Below, piece after piece: positions 15,032-28,014 of a stretch of 64,000 nt of DNA (position 1 is the first letter of the stretch; each line of letters begins with the position of its first letter). The notes beneath the pieces were generated by a model, which was given only the letters and a program-made list of their open reading frames with translations, made no database searches and was not told the DNA's origin. Made by a program: the position numbers and the translations under genes. Source of the stretch: Octopus vulgaris (lineage: Eukaryota); the NCBI GenBank assembly GCA_951406725.2, contig OX597823.1, positions 77,252,001 through 77,316,000 on the forward strand, in the 5' to 3' direction.

Positions 15032-15748
15032 GAAATTATCTATGAATATGTGTTATATCATGTACATTCCAAATATACAAATTTTTTGGCGGAAAGTGTT
15101 TTAGGAGGGGTGGGAGTGGAATTTCGGAAAATTCACCAAAGTCCACATCAATTCGCTTGACTTTCAGGAAAATGGATATTTTTTAATGAAATTGTCTACA
15201 AATATACCTCGAGCTATTTAGATTCTGAGCATATATAAATATTGTGGGGATGCAAAACAATTGAGGGTTAGAAATTATCTATGAATATGTGTTATATCAT
15301 GTACATTCCAAATATACAAATTTGTTGGCGGAAAGTGTTTTAGAAGGGGTGGGAATGGAATTTCGGAAAATTCACCAAAGTCTACATCAATTCGCTTAAC
15401 TTTCAGGAAAATGGATATTTTTTAATGAAATTGTCTACAAATATACCTTGAGCTATTTAGATTCTGAGCATATATAAATATTGTGGGGGTGCAAAACAAT
15501 TGAGGGTTAGAAATTATCTATGAATATGTGTTATATCATGTACATTCCAAATATACAAATTTGTTGGCGGAAAGTGTTTTAGAAGGGGTGGGAATGGAAT
15601 TTCGGAAAATTCACCAAAGTCTACATCAATTCGCTTAACTTTCAGGAAAATGGATATTTTTTAATGAAATTGTCTACAAATATACCTTGAGCTATTTAGA
15701 TTCTGAGCATATATAAATATTGTGGGGGTGCAAAACATTTAAGGGTTA
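15032..15748 (+). repeat. Tandem repeat, 3 x 239 bp
   Basis: Units start GAAATTATCTATGAATATG at 15032, 15271 and 15510 and are nearly identical. Confidence 0.95.
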
Positions 15749-16299
15749 ATCTTGAGAACTGTTCCCCACTGGGTGGTGTTTCGGAACAAGTCATCCAAAT
15801 TTATTACATTTTCTCTGTTTTGTGCATTTGTGCATCTGTAGATTTCTACTGAAGCAACAGGCAATAAAGACAAATAATGCCCTCACCAGAAAACTCATGT
15901 TAAAAATAACAACTAAATGTTTGGTAACGGATATATTTTATTAAGACGACTTATCGGTTGCGTAGGATTTTTTTTTTCACTTTAAGTAAATTCCCTGGTA
16001 AACGGTTCTAATAGAAAGGCAGAAGACACCAGAAGCAAAAATAAGGAATATACACGCACAGTTAAATATAGAAGTGTAAAGTATAATTTGTTACATAATT
16101 TCTATAATAAACATGATACTGAATGGAATAATTCCCTGTTTGAACTTTTATCATTATATACATATATGTATGTGTGTGTGAGGACACTGAGAATAAGCAT
16201 GTCACCCCTTTTTTTTCTACGGAATCCGACCTTGTTTCCAACGGATATTCTGAATATGCAAAAAAAATCTACTTCTAGATTATATAATACACCCCCTCT

Positions 16300-16687
16300 G
16301 TGGAGGCGCAATGGCCCAGTGGTTAGGGCAGCGGACTCGTGGTCATAGGATCGCGGTTTCGATTCCCAGACCGGGCGTTGTGAGTGTTTATTGAGCGAAA
16401 ACACCTAAAAGCTCCACGAGGCTCCATCAGGGGATGGTGGTGATCCCTGCTGTACTCTTTCACCACAACTTTCTCTCATTCTTACTTCCTGTTTCTGTTG
16501 TACCTGTATTTCAAGGGGCCGGCCTTGTCACTCTCTGTGTCACGCTGAATATCCCCGAGAACTACGTTAAGGGTGCACGTGTCTGTGGAGTGCTCAGCCA
16601 CTTACACATTAATTTCACGAGCAGGCTGTTCCATTGATTCGGATCAACCGGAACCCTCATCATCATAACCGATGGAGTGCTTCCACC
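16300..16687 (+). mobile_element. SINE-D (tRNA-headed) with 11-bp TSD
   Basis: A box TGGCCCAGTGG, B box GGTTTCGATTCCC; TSD ACACCCCCTCT at 16289-16299 and 16688-16698. Confidence 0.9.
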
Positions 16688-16759
16688 ACACCCCCTCTAT
16701 AACTTTTCAATTTTTTTTCCCCCGAAATTTTACTAAGGTTAAGGGTTATATACGGATAC

Positions 16760-17122
16760 ACACAAAACGGAGAAACTGAAACAAATATGCACGACTTGTT
16801 CCGAAACACCAACCAGTGGGGAACTGTTCCCAAAAATAACTCCCAGTTGTTTTTCCCCCAAATAATTGCTTGGAATCTACATAGTCCTAGGTATATTTCT
16901 AGACACTTACATTTAAAAATATCCATTTTCCTGAAAGTTAAGATGAATTGAAGTGGACTCTGGTGAATTTTCCAAAAATCCTCCATATCCCTCTTAAAAC
17001 ACTTTTCCCCCAAAACTTTTGTATATTCAGAATCTACATGATATAACATATATTCATAGGTAATTTCATTAAAAAAATATCCATTTCTCTGACAGTTATG
17101 ATTATCCAAAGTCGGTGAGGGG
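16760..17122 (-). repeat. Diverged inverted copy of the 239-bp unit and its flanks
   Basis: Reverse complement of about 14980-15270 plus 15750-15825. Confidence 0.8.
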
Positions 17123-17179
17123 ACAAAAAGCCTGTAGTGAGATGGTACCAACTCTCAATGATCTCATAATGCATGTGTT

Positions 17180-18325
17180 CCCACACATGCTCAAAACATT
17201 AGCAACAGTCAATGGCTCTATGAGCGAGCCGTCTTAGCTCCACGTAATGAAGCTGTCAACAAAATCAACTGGGATCTCTTGCAGCTGTTACCCGGACAAG
17301 AACAGTCTTTCAAATCCCTTGACACTGTCGTTGATCAGAACCAGGCTGTAGTTTTGCCGACTGAGCTCCTGAACTCTCTACAGCCATCTGGGATGCAACC
17401 TCACCATTTAAAACTTTAAAAGGGGCCCCCAATCATGCTGCTCAGGAATCTGGATCCACCTCGTCTGTGCAATGGCACAAGACTGGTGGTGAAAGTGATG
17501 TGACCCCATGTCCTAGAGCAACAATTATGATTGGGAACTATAAGGGGGAGGATGTCTTCATTGCACAGATCCCATGAATCCCATATAACCCCTTGCCCTT
17601 TGACTTTAAACGGTTCCACTTCCCAGTGAACTAAGTTTCACTATGTTAATAAACAAGTGTCAAGGACAGTGTCTCAAGGTTGTTGGACTTCATCTTGCTT
17701 CTCCCATATGAAGGATGTTCACGAAGTGGAATTTCCCAAAATCTTTTCATTTGTACACCAATTAAAAGACACATTGAAAACATTGTATATTTAGAAGCTC
17801 TAGATAATTAAACTGTAATTGATTTCCGGATTTGTTCTAATACATTTGTTTATACTCACGTCATCTGATAGAATTTCTGTTAAATATACTTATTAACAGG
17901 AAGGAACACCCGCAGGTTAGTTCTTCTCAAATTTATGCATTTTCAGATTCAACGTGTTTCAAATAAGTACTGACAATTGAGGGTGATTGCAAAGACAAAG
18001 AACTACCTGGTTTTTTAACAATTTTGATAGTGAGAACATCGGATAAAACGTGTTATTGACATTAATAGTTTGTATCTTAGCTAATTACTATTGAGAAGTG
18101 CATATTCCATGTTTCATTTTACTAAGAGATTTAAAAGGCATACTGAAATTTCATTATTTTCAATAATCTCGGAAACACTGAGTTATCAATATATAAAGTT
18201 GGTATCTCAGCTACTAGGAAGTAAGACCTGCATAGTCTATGTTTCATATTAGAGATCTAAAAGGCATTTTTAAATTTCATTATTTTCTTTAACTCTGGCA
18301 ACGCTGTGTATTTCTGCACGTGTAT
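17180..18325 (+). mobile_element. Helitron 3' remnant (PIF1-like helicase C-terminus and 3' end)
   Basis: WLYERAVLAPRNEAVNKIN...PTELLNSLQPSGMQPHHLKL/KGPPIMLLRNLDPPRLCNGTRL...INKCQGQCLKVVGL with frameshifts; probable degenerate 3' terminus GGCAACGCTGTGTATTTCTGC at about 18297-18317. Confidence 0.88.
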
Positions 18326-18415
18326 ATATAAAAGTGAAAAGAAAATGCAAATTTATGATTGACACATTTTAATCTATTAACATGATATTATATTATTATA
18401 ATAATATAATATATA

Positions 18416-18790
18416 GGCGTAGGAGTGGATGTGTGGTAAGTAGCTTGCTTACGAATCACATGGTTCCGGGTTCAGTCCCACTGCATGGCACCTTCATTAT
18501 AGCCTCGGATCGACCAAGGTCTTGTGAGTGGATTTGGTAGACGGAAACTGGAAGAAGCCCGTCGTATATATGTATATATATATGTATGTGTGTGTGTATG
18601 TTTGTGTGTCTGTGTTTGTCCCCCCAACATCGATGCTGGTGTGTTTATGTCCCCGTAACTTAGCGGTTCAGCAAAAGAGACCGATAGAATAAGTACTAGG
18701 CTTACAAAGAAGAAGTCCTGGGGTCGATTTGTGGTGCTCCAGCATGGCCACAGTCAAAATGACTGAAACAAGTAAAAGTGTAAAAGAGAG
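18416..18790 (+). mobile_element. SINE-A copy
   Basis: Full-length match. Confidence 0.85.
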
Positions 18791-19220
18791 AGAGAGAGAG
18801 CGATATAAATATTATAATCCTGCAATTGTTTCAATTCAGACACAATGATAAATTTATAAAAATCCATGTTTATTTCATAAGGGAAATATTTGACAAAAAT
18901 TACATATGAGCATTTTTAAATCCTAGTCACATAGAGACCCTGTGCAAATCATCAGGATACAGGTAACTTTTTCCAATATTCAGATGGTTTCCAGTTCTCT
19001 TTGTCAGCTAATTTTTCTCAAATTCATCTTTAATTTTTATGCTCTCCAATAGCGAGTATAGAAGAGTTGCCATATTTCATTCTGTTACTACCATCTTTGA
19101 AGAGTAACTGGGTTGTTATCTAACACTCCATTGAACTCCTAATGCAAAACGAATTGGTAAGATCAGCCATAAAGCATATATGATACTGAACACTTCAATT
19201 AATATACATGTGTGTGTATA

Positions 19221-19266
<46 letters not shown>

Positions 19267-19360
19267 GTATTTACCAACATATATATGTGTGTGTATGTGT
19301 GTGTGTTTTATATATGCTATATATGCAGATAAACAGACATGTCCCTCTGTGTATATGTAT

Positions 19361-19412
<52 letters not shown>

Positions 19413-20094
19413 AATTAACCTTACAATTGTATTTTTTCACTTATTTGCTTCTTATTCAATATTCACCTTTAACACCATGTTAAAGATTGTATACAGATTG
19501 TAATTCATGACCTGCCTATGTCCACCATCCATGAATACCACTGGTCTCTCTCTCTCTTTCTCTCTTATTCTTTGATATCTCTATGATTACATTCTTCCAT
19601 CTCATTTCCTTATCTTTGGGGTGTAGTCTCACGCATTTCTTATTATTCTTTGTCGATTTACTTTTCTCTCAATGCTTCCTGTTACTTCACATATCATGTG
19701 ATCCAACTTTCTCTTTTGCTTCCTCTGTGTGTGTATATGTGTTTGTGTGGGTATGTGTGTGTGTGCATGTGTGTATAGATAGATATATATGTGTGTGTGT
19801 GTATATATATACACACATATATATGTGTGTGCATGTATATATATATATATATGTATACCAACATGCACATATAATTTATGCATATACATACATATATATA
19901 TGTATATATATACGAATGCATATATATATGAATGTATAAGTATGTATTTGTATACATATGCATATGTCTTATACACACCCAAACATGTTTGTGTTCTCTC
20001 ACCTACACTTTCTCTCACATACAAAGCACAATGCTCCCTCTCTCTGTTTCTTATACAATCTCTTTGTCACTGGCCTTTACTCTCTTACTCTCTC

Positions 20095-20135
<41 letters not shown>

Positions 20136-20519
20136 CTCTCATTCTGATCTGTTCTTTGGTTACGCTTCTCTTTCATACTTTTACATTCCAGCTTTCACTT
20201 CCTTATTAACTTCTGCTCCAGGAAGGATGTGAATCCCAACATGGTGAATTTAACACAACTAAGAAAAGAATCTGACTGAAATAAAGTTAATATGGAACAA
20301 AGAAACTTCCAAATTGATTTTATTCCAACTTTGGTATCGGAGACAAACAAATATCAATAAAGACAATGTCTATATTTGAAGAGGAACGTGACTCTTAAAA
20401 TAGCCAGATTACTTTGGAAGATGTTTAAGAGGAAAGAGGTGGGTGGGGTTTAAAGAATAAATGTAACCATAAACAGAAGAAAGAAGGTTGTAATACTAAC
20501 AGATAGTATTTTTGTCTTC

Positions 20520-21390
20520 TAGTACATGGCTGGTGTCATGTAATAAGCATCAATGTTGGTGCCATGTAAAAAGCATCCATGTGAGTGCCACATCAAAAAC
20601 ACCCATGCTGGTAACATAAAAACCATCCATGTGAGTGCAACATAAAAACACCCATGCTGGTGACACATAAAAAGTATCCTTGTGTCACATAAAAAAGCAC
20701 CCATGTAGGTACCATATAAAAAGCACCTATCTCAGTGCCAGTGCCACATATTAATCACAAGAGCTGGTGCCATGCAAAAAGCATCCATGTGAGTAACATA
20801 TAAAAAGCATCCATGTGAGTTCCACATAAGAAACACCCATGCTGGTGACACATAAAAACCATCCATGTGAGTTCCACATAAAAACACCCATGCTGGTGAC
20901 ACATAAAAACCATCCATGTGAGTGACACATAAAAACCATCTATGTGAGTGCCACATAAAAAACACCCATGGCGGTAAAACATAAAAAGTATCCATGGTAG
21001 TGCCACAAAAAAAGAACATCCATGCTGGTGACACATAAAAACTATCCATGTGAGTCCCACATAAAAAAACACTCATGCTGGTGACACAAAAAGTACCCAT
21101 ACCAGCATCACATAAAGAGCACCCATGTTGGTACCACACAAAAAGCACCTATCCTGGCATTAGGGATACAGCACCTGTGCCAGTACCATGTATAAATCAC
21201 AAGGGCTGGTGCATTGTAAAAAAGTACCCAGTACACTCAGCAAAGTAGTTGACGGTGTTAGGAAAAACATTCAGTAACTGAAACCATGCCAAAAGAGACA
21301 ATTGAAGTTCTGGTTGGCCAGCACCTTTCAAACCATCCAATCAAATCCACTGTGGAAAAACAGACATTAAAATATGATGATGATGATGAA
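20520..21390 (+). mobile_element. RTE-type 3'UTR with expanded ~25-bp minisatellite and (GAT)n tail
   Basis: Array of CACATAAAAACACCCATGCTGGTGA / CACATAAAAACCATCCATGTGAGTTC units followed by a degenerate RTE terminus and ATGATGATG. Confidence 0.75.
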
Positions 21391-21504
21391 TACCTAAATC
21401 AGTCTTGATCTTTGGCAAATATGGAAGAGTAAGGAATAAGGAAAATATGCTCAAGTAAGTCTGCAAGTCTATCTTGAATGAGCGAATTTCAAAAACACAT
21501 ATTT

Positions 21505-21714
21505 TTGTCCTTTTACATGTTTCAGTCATTTTGACTGTGGCCATGCTGGAGCACTGCCTTTATAGTCAAGCAAATTGACCCCAAGACTTATTCTTTGTAA
21601 GCCTAGTACTTATTCTATCGGTCTCTTTTGCTAAACCGCTAAGTTATGTGGACGTAAACATACCACCATCGGTTGTCAAGCGATGTTGGCAGGGACAAAC
21701 ACACACAAACATAT

Positions 21715-21749
<35 letters not shown>

Positions 21750-21920
21750 CATATACACGACAGGCTTCTTTCAGTTTCTGTCTACCAAATCCACTCACAA
21801 GGCTTTTGTCGACCCAAGGCTATAGTAGACGACACTTACCCAAGGTGGCATGCAGTGGGAATGAACCCAGAACCATGTGGTTGGTAAGCAAGCTACTTAC
21901 GATACAGCCACTCCTGCGCC
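21505..21920 (-). mobile_element. SINE-A copy (extra fragment to about 21985)
   Basis: Reverse complement match. Confidence 0.85.
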
Positions 21921-22911
21921 ACTCACAAGGCTTTGGTTGGGTTGACACTGTAGTAGAAGACACTTGCCCAAGGTGCCACGCATGTTGAAATTCTGGAAAT
22001 GGAGTCAGGAATCGTATTCCATGGGATCGTAAAGTAAAAAATTTGCAATTTGCAAACCAAAGGACTCATTCCCATTAGAAACCAGAAACCAACCATAAAC
22101 AACCAGTAAGTATTAAATGAGTCCCAGCTATCATTGTATCTACTCCTAACAGTCAAAGTATATCTCAGTACTTGATCCTAGCTCTTTCCTGTATGCATAT
22201 CACAACAGCTCTTTGGCATTGTTAGCCAGTGGAACATAATTCACAGCCTAAGTGTCCACACTTCAGCATACATGGTTTTCTTTTATGTCACCTAACATTG
22301 AATATATTTTCTTATCTGTTTTTCTGAACCATTTGTGAAGCCGTATTTTACCTGAAATATCAGGACCTTTAAATATTTTTTGAATTTTTCTTCCTCGCAT
22401 TATTAATGTTTAATTCCAATCTTGTTGGTAGAGTTATAGAAGTGTGAATTTAATCAAGACATGCAGAAGCTTTGCTATTATACACAAACATTCTGTCATG
22501 AGCAATGGTTTTATTATAGAGAGAGAATTGAAGTAGTGAGCTGGTAAAACTACTAGTACAACTTTTTACATTCTGAGTTCAATACCTGCCAAGGTCAACT
22601 TTAGGGGTCGATAAAACAAAATACTGGTTATCAATGCAATCAACTAACATCCTCTCCCTACTATTGTTGGCCTTGTGCCAAAATTTGAAACCATTATTAT
22701 ATACAGTGAATTACTATTGCTTTCTAGACAGCTTATCATCATAGGGACACAATAAATTTTCTTCATTGATTTAACATCTCAAAGCTTGTTACTTTTTCTG
22801 TATCTTTTTCTCCCCAAACCCTCAAAATATCTTAAATTCAAGATAACAAAACACTCACTAATTTCACATAACACCTTATTTACAAAAAATACATTATCTT
22901 GACAGATTAAT

Positions 22912-23380
22912 TTAATCCTTTAGTATTTAAGGCGGTGAGCTAGCAGAAACGTTAGCATGCTGGGCGAAATGCTTAGCGGTATTTAATCTGCTGCTACATT
23001 CTGAGTTCAAATTCCGCCAAGGTCGACTTTGCCTTTCATCCTTTCAGGGTCGATTAAATAAGCACCAGTTACACACTGGGGTCGATATAATCGACTTAAT
23101 CCATTTGTCTGTCCTTGTTTGTCCTCTCTGTGTTTAGCCCCTTGTAGGTAGTAAAGAAATAGGTATTTAAACTAGTCATATCCAGTCAAAATATTTACCC
23201 TTTTTTAATGCTAAAACTGGCCAGATCCAGCCTCTCACACCTACCCTTCAATGTCATTCTAAAAATAAACAATCATATCACTTAAATCTCAGAGATACAA
23301 GGTAATGTATGATTAATTCAAAACAATGTGAGTAAATAAGCATAACATTTGACAGAGTAATCTGAATGCTTTAGGGTTAA
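22912..23380. mobile_element. piggyBac-like MITE interrupted by SINE-B
   Basis: Ends TTAATCCTTTAGTATTT ... GAATGCTTTAGGGTTAA; second copy at 50998-51633. Confidence 0.7.
22931..23168 (+). mobile_element. SINE-B full copy
   Basis: tRNA-like head GGCGGTGAGCTAGCAGAAACGTTAGC...GAGTTCAAATTCC, conserved core and tail GTTTAGCCCCTTGTAGGTAGTAAAGAAATAGG. Confidence 0.85.
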
Positions 23381-23419
23381 ACTATTGAAGAAAATGCTTG
23401 AGGCATTTTGTTACAGCTC

Positions 23420-23970
23420 ATCATCATCATCATTATCATCATTTAACGTCCGTTTTCCATGCTAGCATGGGTTGGACGGTTCAACCGGGGTCTGGGAAGC
23501 CAGGAGGCTGCACCAGGCACCAGTCTGATCTGGCAGTGTTTCTACAGCTGGATGCCCTTCCTAACACCAACCACTCCATGAGTGTAGTGGGTGCTTTTTA
23601 CGTGCCACCGGCACAGGTGCCAGGGGAGGCTGGCAATGGTCACGATCGGTTGGTGCTTTTTACGTGCCACTAGCACAGAAGCCAGTCAAGGTGGTGCTGG
23701 CACCAACCACGTACGGATGGTGCTTTTTAGGTGCCATGGTAGACTGGCAACAGCCACGATCGGTTGGTGCTTTTTACATGCCACCGGCACGGAAGCCAGT
23801 CAAGGCAGCGCTGGCATTGGCCACATACGGATGGTGCATTTTAGGGGCCACTGACACGGAAGCCAGCCAAGGCGGCGCTGGCATCAGCCACATACGGACG
23901 GTGCTTTTTAGGTGCCAGGGTAGGCTGGCAATGGCCACGATCGGTTGGTGCTTTTGACATGCCACCAGCA
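23420..23970 (-). mobile_element. RTE 3'UTR fragment with ~60-bp repeats
   Basis: Starts with (CAT)n TTTAACGTCCGTTTTCCATGCTAGCATGGG, the reverse complement of the RTE terminus. Confidence 0.85.
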
Positions 23971-24889
23971 CTTTACAATATTCTGACTTCACAGCTGTTG
24001 AAGTCAACTATGTCTCTCATCCTTCTTGGGTTGATCAAATAAAACAAAGTTCTTGTAAAGTAATGTAGTCTTATAAATATTTCTATCAACCAGCAAAGAC
24101 ATAAATAGAATTAAAAACGGGGACTAAGAATAACATGCATACATGGTACCTTATTTATAATGATGTGAACAATGTCAGCGAGAATTAAGTGTTTTGACTG
24201 AATAACACTACAGAGTGCAAGTTAATAAGATATGAATCATTAGCAGATGGACATCCTATCAAATGTTTAGATTTGGCAATATGCTGCTGTAGTGGGTTAA
24301 TCATAAAGATTGCAATATATATGCAGTAAATGATGTCATGTAGGATCGTGGTGTAGGAATTTGAACATCTGTCTAAGAGCAATGTAATTACCTGCCAATC
24401 ATATGAGCAAATGCACATGTTTCTTATTCATACATGTATGTGTGAGTGTTTGTGCACAAGTCTGGGTGTGTATCTACGTGTGTGTGCATGTGTACAGGTG
24501 CGCATGTCTGTGTGTATGTATATGTATGATTATATCTATACACGTGTTTGTATAAATACATGGCTGTATGAAGACAGAGGTTGACATGTTACCATATGGT
24601 CACAAGTTACATCACTTCTGTTGCAGAGAGATAGAACTTGTAAGTTAAATTAGTAGACAGAAACTGTATGGAAGCCCATCATGCACATGTATAGAGGACC
24701 CAATACGGTTCAATAATTGATTAAAGCTGTTGCTCATTTTATTTTAAATCTATGAATTTAAAAAAAGGGGCAAATTTAGCAATCGTTAAATTTGCACTAT
24801 TGGTATCCTATATGGTAAATTTTTCCAGAGCAAATTTACCATGTAGGATACAGATATAGGCGCAGGAGTGGCTGTGTGGCAAGTAGTTT

Positions 24890-25162
24890 CCAGAGGTGAA
24901 TCATTCAAACCCCAAAGAATCCCTCTCAGCACATGGCTATGATGCTCCCCCACTACTTCTGCTCATGATCAGAGATGCACATATCGTCTGCCACTAAGGG
25001 ATATGCTCAACTGGTTAAGGTCAAACAAGTGAGAAGCAAATCTGTGGTATTGAGCAGAATATTTGCTGTAGCCCATCTTTTATACCAAGACAAAACAATG
25101 TACATGATAACACTTCCAATCAGTTAAGATCAAAAGACATGAGAGCCTCTGCCTGGTACTGC

Positions 25163-25198
<36 letters not shown>

Positions 25199-25203
25199 CA
25201 TTA
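24890..25203. repeat. Unclassified probable interspersed repeat adjoining (TTA)n
   Basis: Follows a truncated SINE-A head (24858-24888) and ends in (ATT)n; no second copy in the window. Confidence 0.4.
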
Positions 25204-25216
25204 CAACTTTAGTTAA

Positions 25217-25440
25217 GGCGGCAAATTACCAGAATTACTAATAGACTGGGCAAAACACTTAGAGATATTTTCGTCCATCTTTATGTTCTGGGTTCAAATT
25301 CTGCCTAGGTCAACTTTCCCTTTCACCCTACGTGGTGGGGAGGATCCATAAAATAAGTATAAGTTGAGAATTGGGGTCGATGATATGGACTTACCCTTTC
25401 CCCTAAAATTGGTAGCCCTGTTCTAAAATTTGAAACCATC
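25217..25440 (+). mobile_element. SINE-B diverged copy
   Basis: Head and core similarity. Confidence 0.7.
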
Positions 25441-25859
25441 ATTACCTTAGTTATTTACCAGAAGCAAGGTAGAAATACTAGTTTTAAAATTCAAATGTTG
25501 TGGTGGTGATGGTGGTGGGGTCTTAATAAAAGATACCTGAAATGCAAGAGTAATATAATTTAACTGCATGTAAAATGATCAGTTCTGAATGCAATTGGAA
25601 AGACAAATTTTTATGGCAGATTTGAAAGAAATCAATGTTACTTAGAAACCAAAACTACATCCCCAACAGTAAAATTCCCGATAACATATCAAAATATTTC
25701 ACAAAATATTAGTAACATAGTAACATCTTTTAATTCTCCAGTTTTAGCAAATTCTAATTAAATTTAGTACAATGGTCTTATTTTTATTTCCAATATTTAT
25801 TCATTTTATATTTTTCTATGCATTTTATTTTTTATTGTTGTTACTATTATTATTATTAC

Positions 25860-25905
<46 letters not shown>

Positions 25906-26364
25906 TTATTATAATTATTATTTTATTTATTTATTGTTTTGCTGTCTTAAATTCTTAATTCAAATGCTAATTGTCTTTTGAAGTGAAATGAACTTAACCA
26001 AACACGAAATTTTTGTTTGTTTTTCTAGCTTTAATCTTCTGTTTGTGAAATTTCACTCTCCACCTGCTAAAATGCATAATTAATTGCATTTTATGATGAC
26101 TATTTACACAAAGGCGAAGCCATGCCAACAGTTTGTTGTCAGATTAAAATGAATAAGATGCAAAATAAATCTTCTTTTACAAATTCTTCTTTACAGAATT
26201 TTCAGGTTTAAACTCCTGGCCTAGACAGAAATTTTGATGAACAGTTGAACAATGGCTTCAAATTAATTGCTGCTATACAATTTTAAAGCAGCAACAAAGA
26301 GGAATTACACACACACATACACAGATCAACTTATAGATAAATAGATAGATATGCCTATGCAACA

Positions 26365-26928
26365 TGATATATATATATGTACATGCATATATATATGCAC
26401 ATGTTTATATATGTATATATATATACATGTGCATATATATATATACATATATATATGTATATGTATATATATACATATACATATATATATGTATATATAT
26501 ATGTATATATATATGTACATGTATATATATACATATATATATGCATGTATATATATATATATATGTATATGTATATATATACATATACATATATATATGT
26601 ATATATATATATATGTACATGTATATATATACATATATATATGCATGTATATATATATATATATATGTATATGTATATATATACATATACATATATATAT
26701 GTATATATATATGTACATGTATATATATACATATATATATGCATGTATATATATATATATGTACATGTATATATATATATACATATATACATGTACATGT
26801 ATATATATGTATATATGTATATGTATATTTATATATATTTATATATATACATATATATACATATATATATATTTATATATATACATTTATATGTATTCAT
26901 ATATACACATATATATGTATATATATGT

Positions 26929-26964
<36 letters not shown>

Positions 26965-26985
26965 ATATATATATATATATGTATA
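26365..26985. repeat. TA-based higher-order microsatellite (~98-bp period)
   Basis: GTACATGTAT landmarks recur at about 26516, 26615 and 26712. Confidence 0.8.
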
Positions 26986-27299
26986 AATTTAATTAGAGGA
27001 TATGTTATCCTCATAAAGGAAAGCTTGCATCCAAGGAAATACTGGTTCAATACCTAGTATTGTTAAGGAGTGAAATTCCCTTAAAACAATAGATATATAT
27101 TAAGCATGTAGCTGATATCCATTTAAAAGAAGAAAAGAAAATGGAGACAAGGAAGTTAATAATTAATTGATAACTTCCTTATCTCTATTTCCTTTTCTTC
27201 TTTTAACTTCCAGAGGCAAGCTGTGAAATTTGTTGTTGGAGGTAACTGGGGTATTTTTACGTATGTGTGGCTTTGTGTTTTGCTTTCTTGTGGGTATCT

Positions 27300-27690
27300 T
27301 TACTCTTTTACTTGTTTCAGTCATTTGACTGTGGCCATGCTGGAGCACTGCCTTTAGTTGAGCAAATCGACCCCAGGACTTATTTTTTGTAAGCCTAAGT
27401 ACTTATTCTATCGGTTCCTTTTTGCCGAACCACTAAGTTACAGGGATGTAAACACACCAGCATCGATTGTCAAGTGATGTTGGGGGGACAAACACAGACA
27501 CACAAACATATACACACACATACATAAATATATATATACATATATGCATCGGGCTTTTTCAGTTCCTGTCTACCAAATCCACTCACAAGGCTATAGTAGA
27601 AGACACTTGCCCAAGGTACCACACAGTGGGACTGAACCCGGAACCATGTGGTTCGTAAGCAAGCTACTTACCACACAGCCACTCCTACGC
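27300..27690 (-). mobile_element. SINE-A copy
   Basis: Reverse complement match. Confidence 0.85.
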
Positions 27691-28014
27691 TTGTTTAAAC
27701 ATCTCATGTGTAAATATCTCACTTATTTCCTGTATGTGCACTCTGCTGAAGAAGGAAAAGCCATTGGGCAAATCCAGAAATTAGCTAATCCAGGACTATC
27801 TATATTGTTATTAATTTCTGTTAGCTTGCTGCTTTGATTTCATCACATATGTAACTTTGTGACTTTTAAAGTGGTGAGACGATTTAGCATCTACTTTCAG
27901 CATATAGGCTAGAAAATTTCTTTCTTTGCCCTTAATTATAATTATATATAAGTTTGTGTGAGTGCATCTATCTATATATGTGTGAGAATGTGTATGTGTA
28001 ACTTGTACTCTGTC

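Noticed and set aside
16301-16373. tRNA gene
   Set aside because: A and B boxes are present, but there is no proper acceptor stem and it continues into a SINE body with a TSD
17180-17810. Host PIF1 helicase exon
   Set aside because: Frameshifts and stops, Helitron-type motifs and a Helitron-like 3' end
20540-21200. CRISPR-like repeat/spacer appearance (also 23590-23970 and 43270-43450)
   Set aside because: Eukaryotic context, no cas genes, the spacers are related to each other, and the arrays are continuous with RTE 3' ends
26326-27057. Long ORFs of up to 226 aa rich in Y/I/M/C/H (also near 7-10 kb, 19-20 kb and 39-40 kb)
   Set aside because: They are translations of TA/TG/CA microsatellites that lack stop codons, not genes
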